NCBI RefSeq assembly: GCF_006345805.1
Contig: NC_043003.1
Location: forward strand, 84,072,001-84,136,000
Direction of reading: 5' to 3'
Length of the DNA stretch: 64,000 bases
Origin: Octopus sinensis
Lineage: Eukaryota
Shown: one piece after another, positions 39,577-53,545 of the stretch
How the letters are laid out: each line of letters starts with the position of its first letter
Numbering within the stretch: the stretch's first letter is position 1
The notes under the pieces: model-generated
What the model was told of the DNA's origin: nothing
The model's input: the letters and a program-made list of their open reading frames with translations, nothing else
Databases searched by the model: none
Position numbers and translations under genes: made by a program

Positions 39577-40759
39577 GGCGATGTAAATAAATGTTTTTCT
39601 TTTTTTCTTGGTGAGTATAAATTTTGATTACGAGTTGCAGGTTTGTCAACCTTGAAAATTAGTTGATAGAGTAAACATTATTGGATTCGACTAATTCAGT
39701 TATATTTAAGTAGTTACTGGTCTTAACTAATGAAGTACATTCTCGAGAGTCCATGTAATAATGATCAATGAAGTTTATTTCACAAACTAAAAATATCATA
39801 GATTCAGCTCCCTGGAGCGATACACAATCTTATGAACCGTGTGTGAATAGAAGGGAAGTCAAAATCAAATCCATCGATGCATTACATGTCTTACAAGAAT
39901 CAAATTCGCTTCGATTCACGAGTGATCATTCATATCGTTTCACATCAATAATCATTCTAACAAATCACAATCGTAAACGATTACATATTAGTCAATTTAT
40001 TCGTTAGTAATTCATATACTAAATTTTCAAAGATATTTATTACACGGTCATAGTATACATATTTATCAAAATAATTAAACACCAAAATGTAGATGGTTAA
40101 TTTAGAAACATCGGTTCTTATCTGTTTGGTGGACAGGAAGTAATTTATCGTCATAAATTGCAAATTGGCTGCTTGTCTTCAAGCTGTCGTCTACTAATTG
40201 AAAGATTAGCATGATGTCGTTTGTTAATTACATACAAATCTAAAGATAATCGAAGTTTGTGGTATCTTAATAATTTACTGCGAGGTACGGCAAAGGCAGT
40301 ACCCATAATTCTGGAATGGGAAAATTTTATACATTTGATGTTTGATTAAAAGTTTTGCGAATCATTACACGAAGGGAGACATCTAGAGCAGAGCAGAGAG
40401 AGAAAGAGAGAGAGAGAGAAGATGTGGGTGGGTGGTGGAAGAATTCTGGGAAAGACAGAATCGAGTAGTTGCTACGGATTTCAAAAGAGATGGTGGGGAT
40501 ACTAAAACGAATGAGTTTATGTTGATTTGGTATATAATTACATAAACGACAAATTCTTTGGAATAAAAACCGTTGTAGTAGCGATCAAAGGGACTATGAA
40601 GCACATGTCGTGAAGAAGGGCGTAATAAAATAAACATTATTAGCAACTATAATTTGCTTGTTATGTACACAGAGATAGTAGAACATGAGTCCTCATCTTA
40701 GTTGTTAAAGATAGTTATATTTAATCGGCTGTTGTAACTTCCAGCCTTCTTCGAATATC

Positions 40760-41157
40760 CTTTTCTACTCTAGGCACAAGGCCCGAAATTTTTGGGGAGT
40801 GGGCCAGTCGATTAGATCGACCCCAGTACGCAGCTGGTACTTAATTTATCGACCCTGAAAGGATGAATGGCAAAGTCGACCTCGGCGGAATCTGAACTCA
40901 GAACCTAAAAACAGACGAAATGCCTACTTCTTTATTGCCCACAAGAGGCTAAACATAGAGGGGACAAACAAGGACAGACAAAGGGATTAAATCGATTACA
41001 TCGAACCCAGTGCGTAACTGGTACTTAAGTTATCGACTCCGAAAGGATGAAAGGCAACGTCGACCTCGGCGGAATTTGAACTCAGAACGTAACGGCAGAC
41101 GAAATACGGCTACGCATTTCGCCCGGTGTGCTAACGTTTCTGCCAGCTCGCCTCCTA
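40760..41157 (-). mobile_element. SINE A dimer: full A1 copy (about 40925-41157) joined to a headless A2 copy (about 40760-40924)
   Basis: Two consecutive aaagtcgacctcggcggaat cores; junction cagacgaaatgcc/tacttctttattgcccac. Confidence 0.85.
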
Positions 41158-42497
41158 CTTTCTTCGAATATCTATCGTACTCGGGTCCTTTTACTGGAAT
41201 TCTAAGAGCTCCTTTCATTCAGTACGTGGAGTATAGATTGGTTACATTCTGCTGCTTGTGTCTGGAATATTTTTGTACTATTTATTCTTATACATGTAAT
41301 GTATCTTGCTCATTCCGCTTGAAACTGATGTTTATACAGATTGACAGATCCAGAGATTGATCTCACGCACGATATCTAGAAGTAGGAATGGAGAATTCTG
41401 AGAAGGTTTGCACCAACTACTCTGTGTAGTTGGTGCAAATTCTTGAAAGTGAAACACCGGTAATGTGTCACTCGACAGATTATCAATGATTATGTGAATG
41501 AACTGGTTTATATAGAAAATGTGTTGATTAATATTGCCATTAACCAAGTGGGCGTGTGCTCAATTCCTGGGCTAAGTAATTTATACAAATCTTGGGTATG
41601 AGCAGAACGTTTAATTTTTATTCTATGAAATATATTTGTTTTATTTTATTTTTTATTGATAACCCTCTCTCCATCATCATCATCAGCATCATCTCTCTCT
41701 CTTTCTATTGATATTTCTTTTTTTTTTTTTAAATGTCTGTCATCTTTTTACAAATTTGATACCACTTGAAATATGTTTGACACATATACGAACCTGTAAG
41801 AAAACCATTCACTGTCATGGAGAAATTTTTTCATTGTAGACAAATGGGTATAAACACACCGAGTCAGCTCACAGCATTTCCTAACCAGACTGTTAGATGC
41901 ATGCAATTCGGAGTAGTTAACTCCTGTTCAGAAAAAGAGACTGTAAAGGCAGACGCTGTGAACTGACACGAGAGACAGGTGCTTCTTTTGCTTTTGTCGT
42001 CATCGTCCAATGACTGGTTGCGCTATATAGGAGCTTGCCGTAAGTAAAATACGGGGTAACAGCTCTAAGCAGTGATATGTGTAAAACCAAACTTGTTGCT
42101 AGTTCAAATATGACTGAAGCTTATTCAAACCCACGAGTGAGACATTCACTGTATTTATCATGGAGAAAATTTCTCGCTGTAGACTAATAGATGTAAACAC
42201 ACCGAGTCAGCTCACAGCGACCTTCTGTCTGTCTCCTTTTCTTCCTTCATTCAACATCATTTGGTTACTTGGCCTATTTGTCTACCTCACTCTGCTCCTC
42301 ATCTTCAGACACACATAATCTCTCTCTCTCTTTCTCTGTCTCTCTTTCTCTCTGTGTCTCAGCCTTCATTTCTCTCCACTTTCTGTTAATGACTTTTAAT
42401 TAAATTATGTAAAAATAGCAATGTGCCTCTCGTTTTGACTATACCGAGAAAAGTATCCACTTGATACAACAAACGCCTCCAACCATGATTCACACGC

Positions 42498-42511
42498 ACA
42501 GCAGGTGGCGC
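42498..42511 (+). promoter_or_regulatory. CTCF-like motif
   Basis: ACAGCAGGTGGCGC matches CCASYAGRKGGCRS at 13/14, in non-repeat sequence. Motif match only. Confidence 0.35.
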
Positions 42512-43689
42512 CTTGAAACTAGCGGCGGTGTCTGCTCTACATACGTCCCCAATAGATTTAGTGACGGAATCAACCACTTAGACCGAGCTCCTACCGAGAT
42601 GTAAACAGTTTCAAACGTCTAAGAATTCAAAACTGAAATAAAATGTTGGTTAAAATAAATAAAGCAAGAAAAAGAAAAGAAAAGAAAAGAAAACAGTTAA
42701 AGAGAAAATTAGAAATTCAATTAAAAAATAAAGTTTTCCTTTTTTGAGTTTGAAATCCCAAGGAGTAAAACTAAAATTCCTTAATGTCTTTCGATGACGA
42801 TAATGATGATGACGACGGTAGTGGTGGTGGTGGTGGTGGTGGTGTTAGTGGTGGTGGTGGTAGTGGTGGTGGTGGTGGTGGTGGTGAAGGTAACAATGAC
42901 AACGATGTCGCTGGTAATTATTATCGTCTTTATGTCTTTTTAAAGATATAAGTGTAATTATATGGCTATATCATATGCTGAAGAAGTTCGCTTCGTAAAC
43001 ACGCCATTCTGCATGGTTTAAGGAAGATTTACCTGCTATTTCGAGTCGGTAGAGCACTTATACGCTTTCTAGTTGGATTGTCAAAATGACCACGTTGTCA
43101 TTGGTTTGTTGATCAGCTCAATCATGATCAATGCAATCCAGCTGTGACCAGCCAGCGTATTTAGGATTATGTCTTGCGTCTATTTGTTATGGTAGGTTGT
43201 GATTTTGGGGGATATTTGGGTGTTATTTCTAGCATTTGAAACGGACACGGCGAGTTGAATGCTTTACAGAGTTTGCGCTGAGGTACTGCAATCTGAGATC
43301 AAATACATTTGTGGTCAACTTTGTTTTTCATATTTGCAGGATTATGATAACTACAATACCAGGCATTAGATTGGTGGATCTTTTAAGAATGTCAGACTGC
43401 TTGCTTCGTGGATTTTGTTCCGACTTTCAACATTCTGAGTTGAAATTCCGCCAAGGTATCTGGAATGCACCGTCACCGACCCGCTGGCCTACGGTGGTGA
43501 GTGAGGTAAATCCTTGAAGCAAAGGTCAATACCGAATAAATAGTGCTAGGCGGAGTCCAGAGAAGGGTACCTCTATCAAGAGAGATTTGTACCCTGGTGA
43601 ATGAATGACTGAAATGACCACGAAGAAACTTCCAGAATCCCTCTCTGACAAGATAGGTACTGGCTTGCCTACTTGAGGCTCTTCAGTTC

Positions 43690-43910
43690 ATATATATGGG
43701 TTTCAAATTTTGGCACAAGGTCAGCGATTAAGGGAGAGGATTAAGTTGTTTACATCGACCCCAGTGATCAACTGGTACATATTTTATCGACTCCAAAAGG
43801 ATGAAAGACAAAGTAAACCCAGGCGGCATTTGAAGTCAGAACATAAAGACGGTCTAAATGTCGCTAGGCATCATGCTCAACGTGCTAATGATTCTGCCAG
43901 ATCGTCGCTT
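43690..43910 (-). mobile_element. Degraded SINE A
   Basis: caaattttggcacaagg...atcgactccaaaaggatgaaag...gctaatgattctgccag. Confidence 0.8.
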
Positions 43911-44624
43911 TACTCAGTTCATATATATTAATTACGTTATGTTGTGGTTAGTGTATAATACCTAAGATGGGCGAATAGTTAGGGGAATTTTGCTAGTAAT
44001 AGGCTGGCGATACATCCTTTACTGTCAGATATGAACGCCAGAACTAGCCTGACTTAAGTCACCAAATTGCTGAAAGACCTCATACTCCCTTTACGTTTTA
44101 TGCAATGAGGATCGTTTTTAATCGACCCGGAAAAAAGAATTCTTCTTCCTAGTCCAAACGATTTGTCATTAATCACACACGTCTCACAAACAACAACGCC
44201 AACAGGAGTAGCACTCTACCACTATTATTCTCCACCATCGACATCACAAGTAATAGCAGTAACAGTAACAACAGCAACAGCAGTAGTAATATTTTATTAG
44301 ATGAATTAGGCAGGAGCGAAAAACGAATGAGGAACTGTATTCTTTACAACATTACCACATCAACAAGTGACGAATCGTTGTTAATAAGTGTGCTGTTTAA
44401 TATCTCATCCATTACCATATTCATCATCCTTTTTCACCTCATCATCATCATCATCATCATCATCCACATTTCTAATAACAAATTCAACTGCAATAACAAC
44501 GACAGCAAGTTCGTAGTACATCGACGATACACAGAAACTAGGCCATGCCCACAGAGAATTGGACTGTTCAATATACACTAGATGTCACAAAAGACATAAA
44601 CACAAACTCATATGTATATATGCA

Positions 44625-44673
<49 letters not shown>

Positions 44674-44718
44674 TGCTGATATCGAAATTCATTCCATTGG
44701 CTTCGTTGAATTATTTCC

Positions 44719-44780
<62 letters not shown>

Positions 44781-44781
<1 letters not shown>

Positions 44782-44867
44782 TGGGGATGTTCAAATGTTA
44801 GAAGCATATAGTAGCTTAAATGCCAGATAAGTACGTATGTATGTGTTTGTTGTCGTTATTATTATTA

Positions 44868-44898
<31 letters not shown>

Positions 44899-45057
44899 CA
44901 TTATTATTATATTATTATTACCCAGGGGAAGACCTCCAATGAGATCGTCGGGGGTTAATGTTAGTGCTCAACAGAGAGCCAACACACACACACACACTCC
45001 CTCCCTCTCTCTCTCTTCCTCTCTCTCTCTCTCTTCATCCTCTCTCTTCCTCTCTCT

Positions 45058-45100
<43 letters not shown>

Positions 45101-45888
45101 TAAATGCACTTACACATAAATGCACTTACACACATGGACACATGGACAAACGTGATCGATATCATCGATTCAGTTCATGAATGAGGTACACTCGCTTGAC
45201 GACAGTTTATTGAGTGAAACCAGTAAAAACAAAACATAATATATATATTTATATATATATATATGCATGTATATATATCCGTATCGACAGATAAATTGAT
45301 ATATATATATATATGTAGAGAGAGAGTTTGATTTCTATCAGATAGTGATAGTAATCGGTAATAAAATGAAACTCTATGGCACAGGGTAAAGACACTTGTT
45401 ATATATTGTCTTCTTACAACATGGCCAGATGTAACGACTTTCGTCTCCTCAGAGAAGAATAAGAAATATGTGGCTTCTTGGTTTATATTTATAGTAAATA
45501 TAGACGGGTTTTGTTGTAGGAACAGTGCAGTGGAGACAAATAAATAGTAGCAAATATTATTATATGCGTAAAGAATGTAATGGCAAGAACGATAAGAACA
45601 ATAATAAATATACACATAAAATATGTGTATATGTATGTGTATATGTATGTGTATATGTGTGTATAGTATTTATGGGAGAGAAAGAGAGACAGAGGAGAGG
45701 GGGACCGGAGTGATAAGTTGAAGTAGGCAGCTGAGAAATGATTGAAGAGTAGGAGGAAGAATGGACAGAGCAAGAGAGGGGGAAAGGAGGAAAGGGAGAG
45801 TTATTTTCAATTGACTTTCATTATCAGAAACTTGAAGTGGTATTTCTGAAGTTGTTCACGCCTTCGTCATACATTCCTGTGTATATAA

Positions 45889-45921
<33 letters not shown>

Positions 45922-46023
45922 GTGTGTGTGTGTGTGTTGGGGATGTTCAAATGTTAGAAGCATATAGTAGCTTAAATGCCAGATAAGTACGTATGTATGT
46001 GTTTGTTGTCGTTATTATTATTA

Positions 46024-46057
<34 letters not shown>

Positions 46058-47045
46058 CATTATTATTATATTATTATTACCCAGGGGAAGACCTCCAATG
46101 AGATCGTCGGGGGTTAATGTTAGTGCTCAACAGAGAGCCAACACACACACACACACTCCCTCCCTCTCTCTCTCTTCCTCTCTCTCTCTCTTCATCCTCT
46201 CTCTTCCTCTCTCTCTCTTCCTCTCTCTCTCTCTTCCTCTCTCTCTCTCTCACACATAAATGCACTTACACATAAATGCACTTACACACATGGACACATG
46301 GACAAACGTGATCGATATCATCGATTCAGTTCATGAATGAGGTACACTCGCTTGACGACAGTTTATTGAGTGAAACCAGTAAAAACAAAACATAATATAT
46401 ATATTTATATATATATATATGCATGTATATATATCCGTATCGACAGATAAATTGATATATATATATATATATGTAGAGAGAGAGTTTGATTTCTATCAGA
46501 TAGTGATAGTAATCGGTAATAAAATGAAACTCTATGGCACAGGTAAAGACACTTGTTATATATTGTCTTCTTACAACATGGCCAGATGTAACGACTTTCG
46601 TCTCCTCAGAGAAGAATAAGAAATATGTGGCTTCTTGGTTTATATTTATAGTAAATATAGACGGGTTTTGTTGTAGGAACAGTGCAGTGGAGACAAATAA
46701 ATAGTAGCAAATATTATTATATGCGTAAAGAATGTAATGGCAAGAACGATAAGAACAATAATAAATATACACATAAAATATGTGTATATGTATGTGTATA
46801 TGTATGTGTATATGTGTGTATAGTATTTATGGGAGAGAAAGAGAGACAGAGGAGAGGGGGACCGGAGTGATAAGTTGAAGTAGGCAGCTGAGAAATGATT
46901 GAAGAGTAGGAGGAAGAATGGACAGAGCAAGAGAGGGGGAAAGGAGGAAAGGGAGAGTTATTTTCAATTGACTTTCATTATCAGAAACTTGAAGTGGTAT
47001 TTCTGAAGTTGTTCACGCCTTCGTCATACATTCCTGTGTATATAA

Positions 47046-47047
<2 letters not shown>
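44781..47047. repeat. Direct tandem duplication of about 1.16 kb (44781-45890 and 45937-47047)
   Basis: Offset 1156-1157 bp; copies differ only in microsatellite lengths and a 1-bp indel where I compared them; (TG)n lies at all three junctions. Confidence 0.95.
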
Positions 47048-47082
<35 letters not shown>

Positions 47083-47373
47083 TATGTATGCATGTATGTA
47101 TGTATGTATGTATGTATGTATGTATGTTTGTATGTATGTAGGTAAGTAAGTAGGTAGGTAGGTATGTAGGTATGTATTTATGTATATATGCATGTATGTA
47201 TATGCATATATGTCTACGTATAAACACACACACATATATATACGTACACATTCCCATGTACGTATGTGCACATATATTTATATACATATATATATACACA
47301 TACATATGTATATATATAATGTTATATATATACACACACATTCTTTCGTATGTGTATATATATATGTATGTAT

Positions 47374-47436
<63 letters not shown>

Positions 47437-47445
47437 TAAAGTGAG

Positions 47446-47513
<68 letters not shown>

Positions 47514-47560
47514 ATAGATAGGTAGGTAGCTAGCTAGATAGATAGATAGATATACACACA
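47048..47560. repeat. Compound (TG)n/(TATG)n/(TA)n/(GATA)n microsatellites
   Basis: Directly visible. Confidence 0.9.
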
Positions 47561-47959
47561 CAGTAGTAATATTTACTATTGTGGAAACTCATACATCTAG
47601 ACAAGCATCACTTATATTTTCTGTCATTGTGTGCTGGAGATAGTGTGGAGGGGTAAATTACCATATCTGGTTATATCAACAACATGAAGTAACTATTATA
47701 TTGGACCAGCCAAAACATCTTGTATGCACTTTCCTCACAGAGTATAGTACTGCTTTCTGTGATAAGGAAGTGTGTCGCTGAAGAACTCCAATAAGAGTAA
47801 AACACTTTTGGAGTTATCACCATACCCGCCAACGATTGGACACACTCTCGAAATACAGCGCTCAACTGATTTTTCATCAAGAATCTTAATATTAGAAAAC
47901 AATATAAATAAATTAACAGAAATTCGTGATGATGGAAACATTTGATTATATCAACTACG

Positions 47960-48540
47960 ACTGATAGCTTATTTTATCGATTCTAAAGAGATGCAAAGTA
48001 AAGTTGGCCCGGTATCATTTGAACTTATAACGTGAAGGGCTGGAACAAATAACGTTAGACATTTTGTCAAACGCGCTAATACTTCTGCCAGTCTTATAAT
48101 GTTAATTTTTTTTTCAATTTCAGCACAAAGCAAGCAATCGGCTGGTATTTATTTTATCGATCCCAGGAAGGATGAAAGTCAAAGTTAACCTGGGTGTAAT
48201 TTGAACTCAGAAAGCAAAGAGTCGAAACACTGCAAGGTATTTTTGTCCGATGCTCTATCGATTCTACCAAAATGATTTTTCTTTTCATTTGTAGAGCGGA
48301 AGAGTAGGAAACTTATCTGAAACTCATTTGTCCAACCGATTTTGGTTTTTAACGCCTAAATAAAAACTATGGCGACAATGATGACGACAACGACTACGAC
48401 GACCATGATAATGATGTCTGACATTGGCAGAAGGCCAGGAATTTCAGGAAAAGAAGTACTTGACTTATACTTATATATAAAATGAACGTAACGAAATACC
48501 AGAAGGTATTCGTCCGGTGCACTGCCAATTCTGCCATCCA
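47960..48540 (-). mobile_element. Cluster of about three heavily decayed SINE A copies
   Basis: atttgaactt/atttgaactcaga cores and ttctgcca head remnants. Confidence 0.6.
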
Positions 48541-48799
48541 GTACTAATGTGCTTCCTCATTACCACAAGTTTCTTTGTAACATGAAATGCTGCAATAAAT
48601 TACCACCAATAAGTGGTATGTTTTTACAATAAATATCGTGCCTTTTAGTAAACATCCTTTATTATTCTGCTACAGTCGGCAGATATAATGCTTTAACTAT
48701 GTAACGAAATTGAAGACGTAACCTATAATACACACAACACTTATATCACTCGTAAGACGATTGATAAATTGGAACGAAACTGAAAATATAATCTAACCG

Positions 48800-49195
48800 A
48801 AAGAGCACCATCGCGAATACAAGCGGCCGAAATGGGGGCCCTCTGAAAGTTCTCTAGAGTAACGTTACTTGAAGGGTACATAGCTAGGAGATCTGGGAGC
48901 CTCTCCAGGTCGAGCCACTATTTCACATTAAGTGGTTACAGCTCCGGTACAACGAACGTGTGATTAGACTGTCACAGGAAAGAATCGCAAGAATTCTTCA
49001 AGCCGAGCAAACTGCTAGGACCAAGAACGAGATGGTTTGATAATATCCATCGTCTTAATTTGGCCTCACATGGAGATCCATCCGGAAAGTCTAATGACGG
49101 TTGCTTCTGATAGGAACTTACGGAGATGTCTGAGAACTCTACCCCTATGACCCTCCCGGGGATAGTCAGCGCAGAAGAGGGATGAATGGATGGTA
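48800..49195 (+). mobile_element. RTE-clade LINE, 5'-truncated 3' end
   Basis: Decayed ORF2 C-terminus SRIQAAEMG...LQVEPLFHIKWLQLRY.ERVIRLSQERIARILQA...RPRTRWFDNIHRL, an RTE-type 3' end (gacc...ccggggata...gcagaagagggatgaatggatgg) and a repeat tail. Confidence 0.85.
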
Positions 49196-49269
49196 TGTAT
49201 GTATGTATGTATGTATGTATGTATGTATGTATGTATGTATGTATGTATGTATATGTGAATGTTTGTGTG

Positions 49270-49619
49270 CGTGTGTGAGAGTAGTTACTGATACAGTTTT
49301 TAGAATCCGCAGCCTACTAGAGCAGCCGGCAACTGAATACCATTCACAGAGACTGTGGGTTCATATCCAACTTATTTTATTCTCTGTTTTATTAAGGTTT
49401 GTTAAAGGTCTATCGATTGTAACAGAACAATGTTATAGACAGATTATGTCTCCGATATCGATCCACGATCGGGATGGTTTACTTTTTGATACAAAGATAA
49501 AAATAATAAGCAGCAACTCTCAAGGGGGACGTAGTGATAAGCGTATAACAAAGAATGAAGAATTTTCAAAGATATTCTCTCCTAATTCTGCAACTTCAAT
49601 ACTAACTCTGTGGACTTGA
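49270..49619 (+). CDS. Unidentified open frame of about 116 non-repetitive codons; possible terminal exon from 49397
   Basis: Stop-free in AT-rich sequence; acceptor-like ttttattctctgttttattaag|G; no family recognised. Confidence 0.2.
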
Positions 49620-50029
49620 CATCATCGTAAGAACCAAGCATTTCAGAAAAAAAAAAAACCCAGTTTTTCAAAGATAAATCGTATATGTCATAGTTCTCTA
49701 TAAAATTCCAACAATCTTATTGTTTTCAAAATAACTGTGGATTAACTACGAATAATGCCAATTTTTATTAATAGTTACATTTGTCAAAACACAATATTTT
49801 TTATGCTTGAAGTGTGGGAGGAATGCATTGTCTGTCATTTAGTCTGTCTCACTAACCATTCTAGCGACCTACCACTATTTGGTCTGTCTGTCTGTCTTTT
49901 GTCTGTCCTTCTGTCTCTCTACCCATTCTATTTGTTCATCGGCATTTAGTCTGTTGTTCTAAGCTGTAAAGCATATTTTAATGTCTTTTGAGATGTTGTT
50001 TCATAAAAAGGACGAGGATTCAGTTGGCG

Positions 50030-50074
<45 letters not shown>

Positions 50075-50159
50075 TATTATTATTATTATTATTATTAGTA
50101 GTAGTAGTAGTAGTACATTTACTGCGAAGCTTGAATCACACACACATTTTTCTTGGGTT

Positions 50160-50203
<44 letters not shown>

Positions 50204-50387
50204 TTATATTTATTTAATCAATATAAGGGTAGCAAAAAATTCAATAGAAATTTTTTTGCCACCAGCGGTCTAGTGAGAAAGAGAAGATAGTCATTACTGA
50301 ATTACTACTATTTAGCGGTTTGAGTCTTGGCTGCTCTTTCTAGTGGGTCGAATGGCCTTTCGGGGCCGTTCCTCAATGTTGTTGAAC

Positions 50388-50455
<68 letters not shown>

Positions 50456-50998
50456 TATATATATACATATATACGATAAGGGTTTCTGTTTCTTTTTCTA
50501 TGAATCAATCCAGGAAGAATTATAGGGGGAACGGGTAGCGAAGTAAAGAGAAGAACTATTTGGAAAAAAGAGGAACAAGAAATCATAGATGCAAGGGAAA
50601 AAGAGGAACTGAAGAAAAGTATAGCAGGAAGAGGAAAGAAAGAAAGAATGAAATGACTAAAACGGTAAAAAGAAAATATAAAGAAAATAATTGGCAAATG
50701 AAGACAAGAAAAGAATGTGAAAGACGAGAGAAGTTGAGAACGAAGAAAAGATAGGAGATATAAGAAAGAGAAGGAAGGAAGGAATGAAGGAAGGAAGATC
50801 GATTGTCTCATCACGTGTGTGTGTGTTTCTTTCATTTTCCTGTCTGTTCTTTGTATTTCTCTTATTTTACTTTCTCGAAACAAATGGAGTGGAGTTACTG
50901 TTTTGTAAACATGACGAGTCAGACTTGTGTTAGCAAGTGCTATAGGATGTTGTAGGTGTTGAGAAAAGGTTTAGTGGTGGTACTTGACATGAAAAAAG

Positions 50999-51056
<58 letters not shown>

Positions 51057-51834
51057 GGTGAGACTAGGTGAATGTGTGCTTAATTTTAATGTGGAGGTTT
51101 AATTTTCATTTTAATGTAAAACGTTAAGACGAAAGAGTTCAGTTTGACACTAAAACAGCAACGGGTTGGTTATTTAGTGCTTACTTGGAAATAGGCTTGT
51201 GTTGTTGTCATCACATAAATGCCATGCTCCAGGATAGATATATACAAGACCGGATAAGCATAAGCTAATAAATCGAGAGAGAGAGAGAGAAAGTGTGTGT
51301 GTGTGTGAGAGAGAGAGAGAAAGAAAGAGAATGAGAGAATGTGGTCGCGCGATCTGTTTGCATTAGCAGCTAAATCGCTCTCAAATCACACGTTTTTAAG
51401 CACAACACACGTGGAGTAAAAAAGAAGCACTACCTTTCACCCGGCACTGTCGTTCACGCAGTGCTCTCTCTCCCTAATGTGAAGCTCCCTATCTCGAACA
51501 TGTGAACATGCGTACAACAGCCAAACACTGCGTCGCTGGAACTGTAAAGTGCACAGTTCTATACAAGTATTTTTGTATTTTTTTATAAACTAGGAGATGA
51601 CTACTGACATTAAACTTAAGGATTAAATGATATACAAGTATAAAGAAAGAATAAAAGAAAAAACAACTCATTATATTGAATGTTATCGATAATATCGAAT
51701 GGAAATAGGGGGTGCTGCAGTTCCTTTACACGAGCCGCCACTTATAGGGTTAACCTTTTCGGTTGCAGTGAGGAATGAAAAATGGGAGTTTGGACATGGG
51801 TTCACTCTCTTTGAGTTTAATATGGAATCGGCTA

Positions 51835-52050
51835 AAGGTGGCGAGCTGGAAGAACCGTTAGCACGCCGAGCAAAATGGTTAGGGGCATTTCGTCCGTCTT
51901 CACGTACTGAGTTCAAATTCTGCCGAGGCTGACTTTATCTTTCATCATTTCGGGGTCGATAAGATAAGTACCAGTTGAGCACGGGGGGTCGATGTTATTG
52001 ACTTACCCACTTCCTTGAACTTGCTGGCCTTGTGCCGAAATTTGAGACCA
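51835..52050 (+). mobile_element. SINE A
   Basis: ggtggcgagctggaagaaccgttagcacgccgag...gagttcaaattctgcc...ggccttgtgccgaaatttgagacc. Confidence 0.88.
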
Positions 52051-52358
52051 GTATAGAAGCGGCTAAGGTACAAAAGAGTCTAATTGATTTCAAATGTTTA
52101 TAAAAAAAGAGGTGATTTCTGAAATAAAAAGAGCAAGATCTGATTATGAAGCTAAACTAGGTATTGGTTTATGAGTTGCAGCTGCGGTTGATTCTGAGAA
52201 ATATATCGTGTTTCCTTCTAACATGGGAACTAAGGTTAACTTATGACTAATATACTGTGAGGGAGAACAGTTACAGGTTATATACAAGTCAGCTCTAAGC
52301 CAGCGGACCTATAGTCATTCCAATCATGACCTTCCCATTTTGTGTGTGTGTGTGTGTA

Positions 52359-52456
<98 letters not shown>

Positions 52457-52639
52457 AGTTAATCCAAACATGAAAACACAACAACGCGAGGACGTGGAAC
52501 AAGTATAGTGTTATTGGACGCTCAGGAAAGGAAAGAAAGAAGGAGGATCTAACGTTTCGAGCGGAGCTCTTCGTCAGAAACATAGAAAAAGGAAAGATCC
52601 AAGGAATGGATGACGGAGGAAAAAAATCGCCAACGATAC

Positions 52640-52680
<41 letters not shown>

Positions 52681-52685
<5 letters not shown>

Positions 52686-52935
52686 CGTAACAGTAGTTGT
52701 ATGGTAAGAAGCTCACTTCCCAACCACATGGGTCAGGGTTCATTCCCGCTGTGTGATACCTTGGGCAAGTGTCTTCTTCTACAGCGTCGGGCCGACCAAA
52801 GTCTGGTGAGTGGATTTGGTAGATGGAAACTGAAAGAAGCTTGTTGTATATATGTATGTTTGTGTTTCTGTGTTTGTACTCTTTTATTCTTTTACTTGTT
52901 TCAGCCATGCGGTTGTGGTCATGCTGGAGCACCCC
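52681..52935. mobile_element. SINE C 5' half (plus) abutting an inverted C tail fragment
   Basis: ataccttgggcaagtgtctt...ggtagatggaaactgaaagaagc, then ttgtttcagccatgcggttgtggtcatgctggagcacc. Confidence 0.8.
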
Positions 52936-53344
52936 AATATCGCTTCACAACTGACGAATTCTTCTAGATGAGACTTATGACAGGGGTAAAAGCAGTAGTG
53001 ATGATATTACGAAAGAGATGAGGACAAAGCAGGAATGTATATGAGACAGGAAGATGCGTGTACGCACGCACACACATACTTACACATACAGAAAGGCGGT
53101 GCGGGGTGTGTGTGAAAGAGAGACAGACGGAGAGAAAGAAGAAATTTATCCGCATGTCTGCATGTATGTATATAAGCATGGGTGCGCGTGCACACGCACA
53201 TACAGTTCTAAAATAAACAAAAAAGAGTGTATACTAATTATTGAGGGGCGTTGTTGTTGCTGCTGTTGTGCCTCCTATAAGCCCTCATCCAGCAAACTTA
53301 TATGATCAAAGCGTTCCAACCGCGATCACCCTATATTTCCTTTA

Positions 53345-53508
53345 TAGGTGCAGGAGTGGCTGTGTGGTAAGTAGCTTGCTTACCAACCATATGGTCCCGG
53401 TTTCAGTCCCACTACGTGGCATCTTGGGCAAGTGTCTTCTACTATAGCCTCGGACCGACCAAAGCCTTGTGAGTGGATCTGGTAGACGGAAACTGGCAGA
53501 AGCCCGTC

Positions 53509-53545
<37 letters not shown>

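Noticed and set aside
43340-43455. Acceptor/donor-bounded open segment inside ORF 43236-43517
   Set aside because: The 3' half is a decayed SINE A head.
46500-46542. IVIVIGNKMKL, similar to a small-GTPase NKxD motif, between AG and GT
   Set aside because: The essential Asp is absent, there are no other G-boxes, and the duplicate copy has a different phase.
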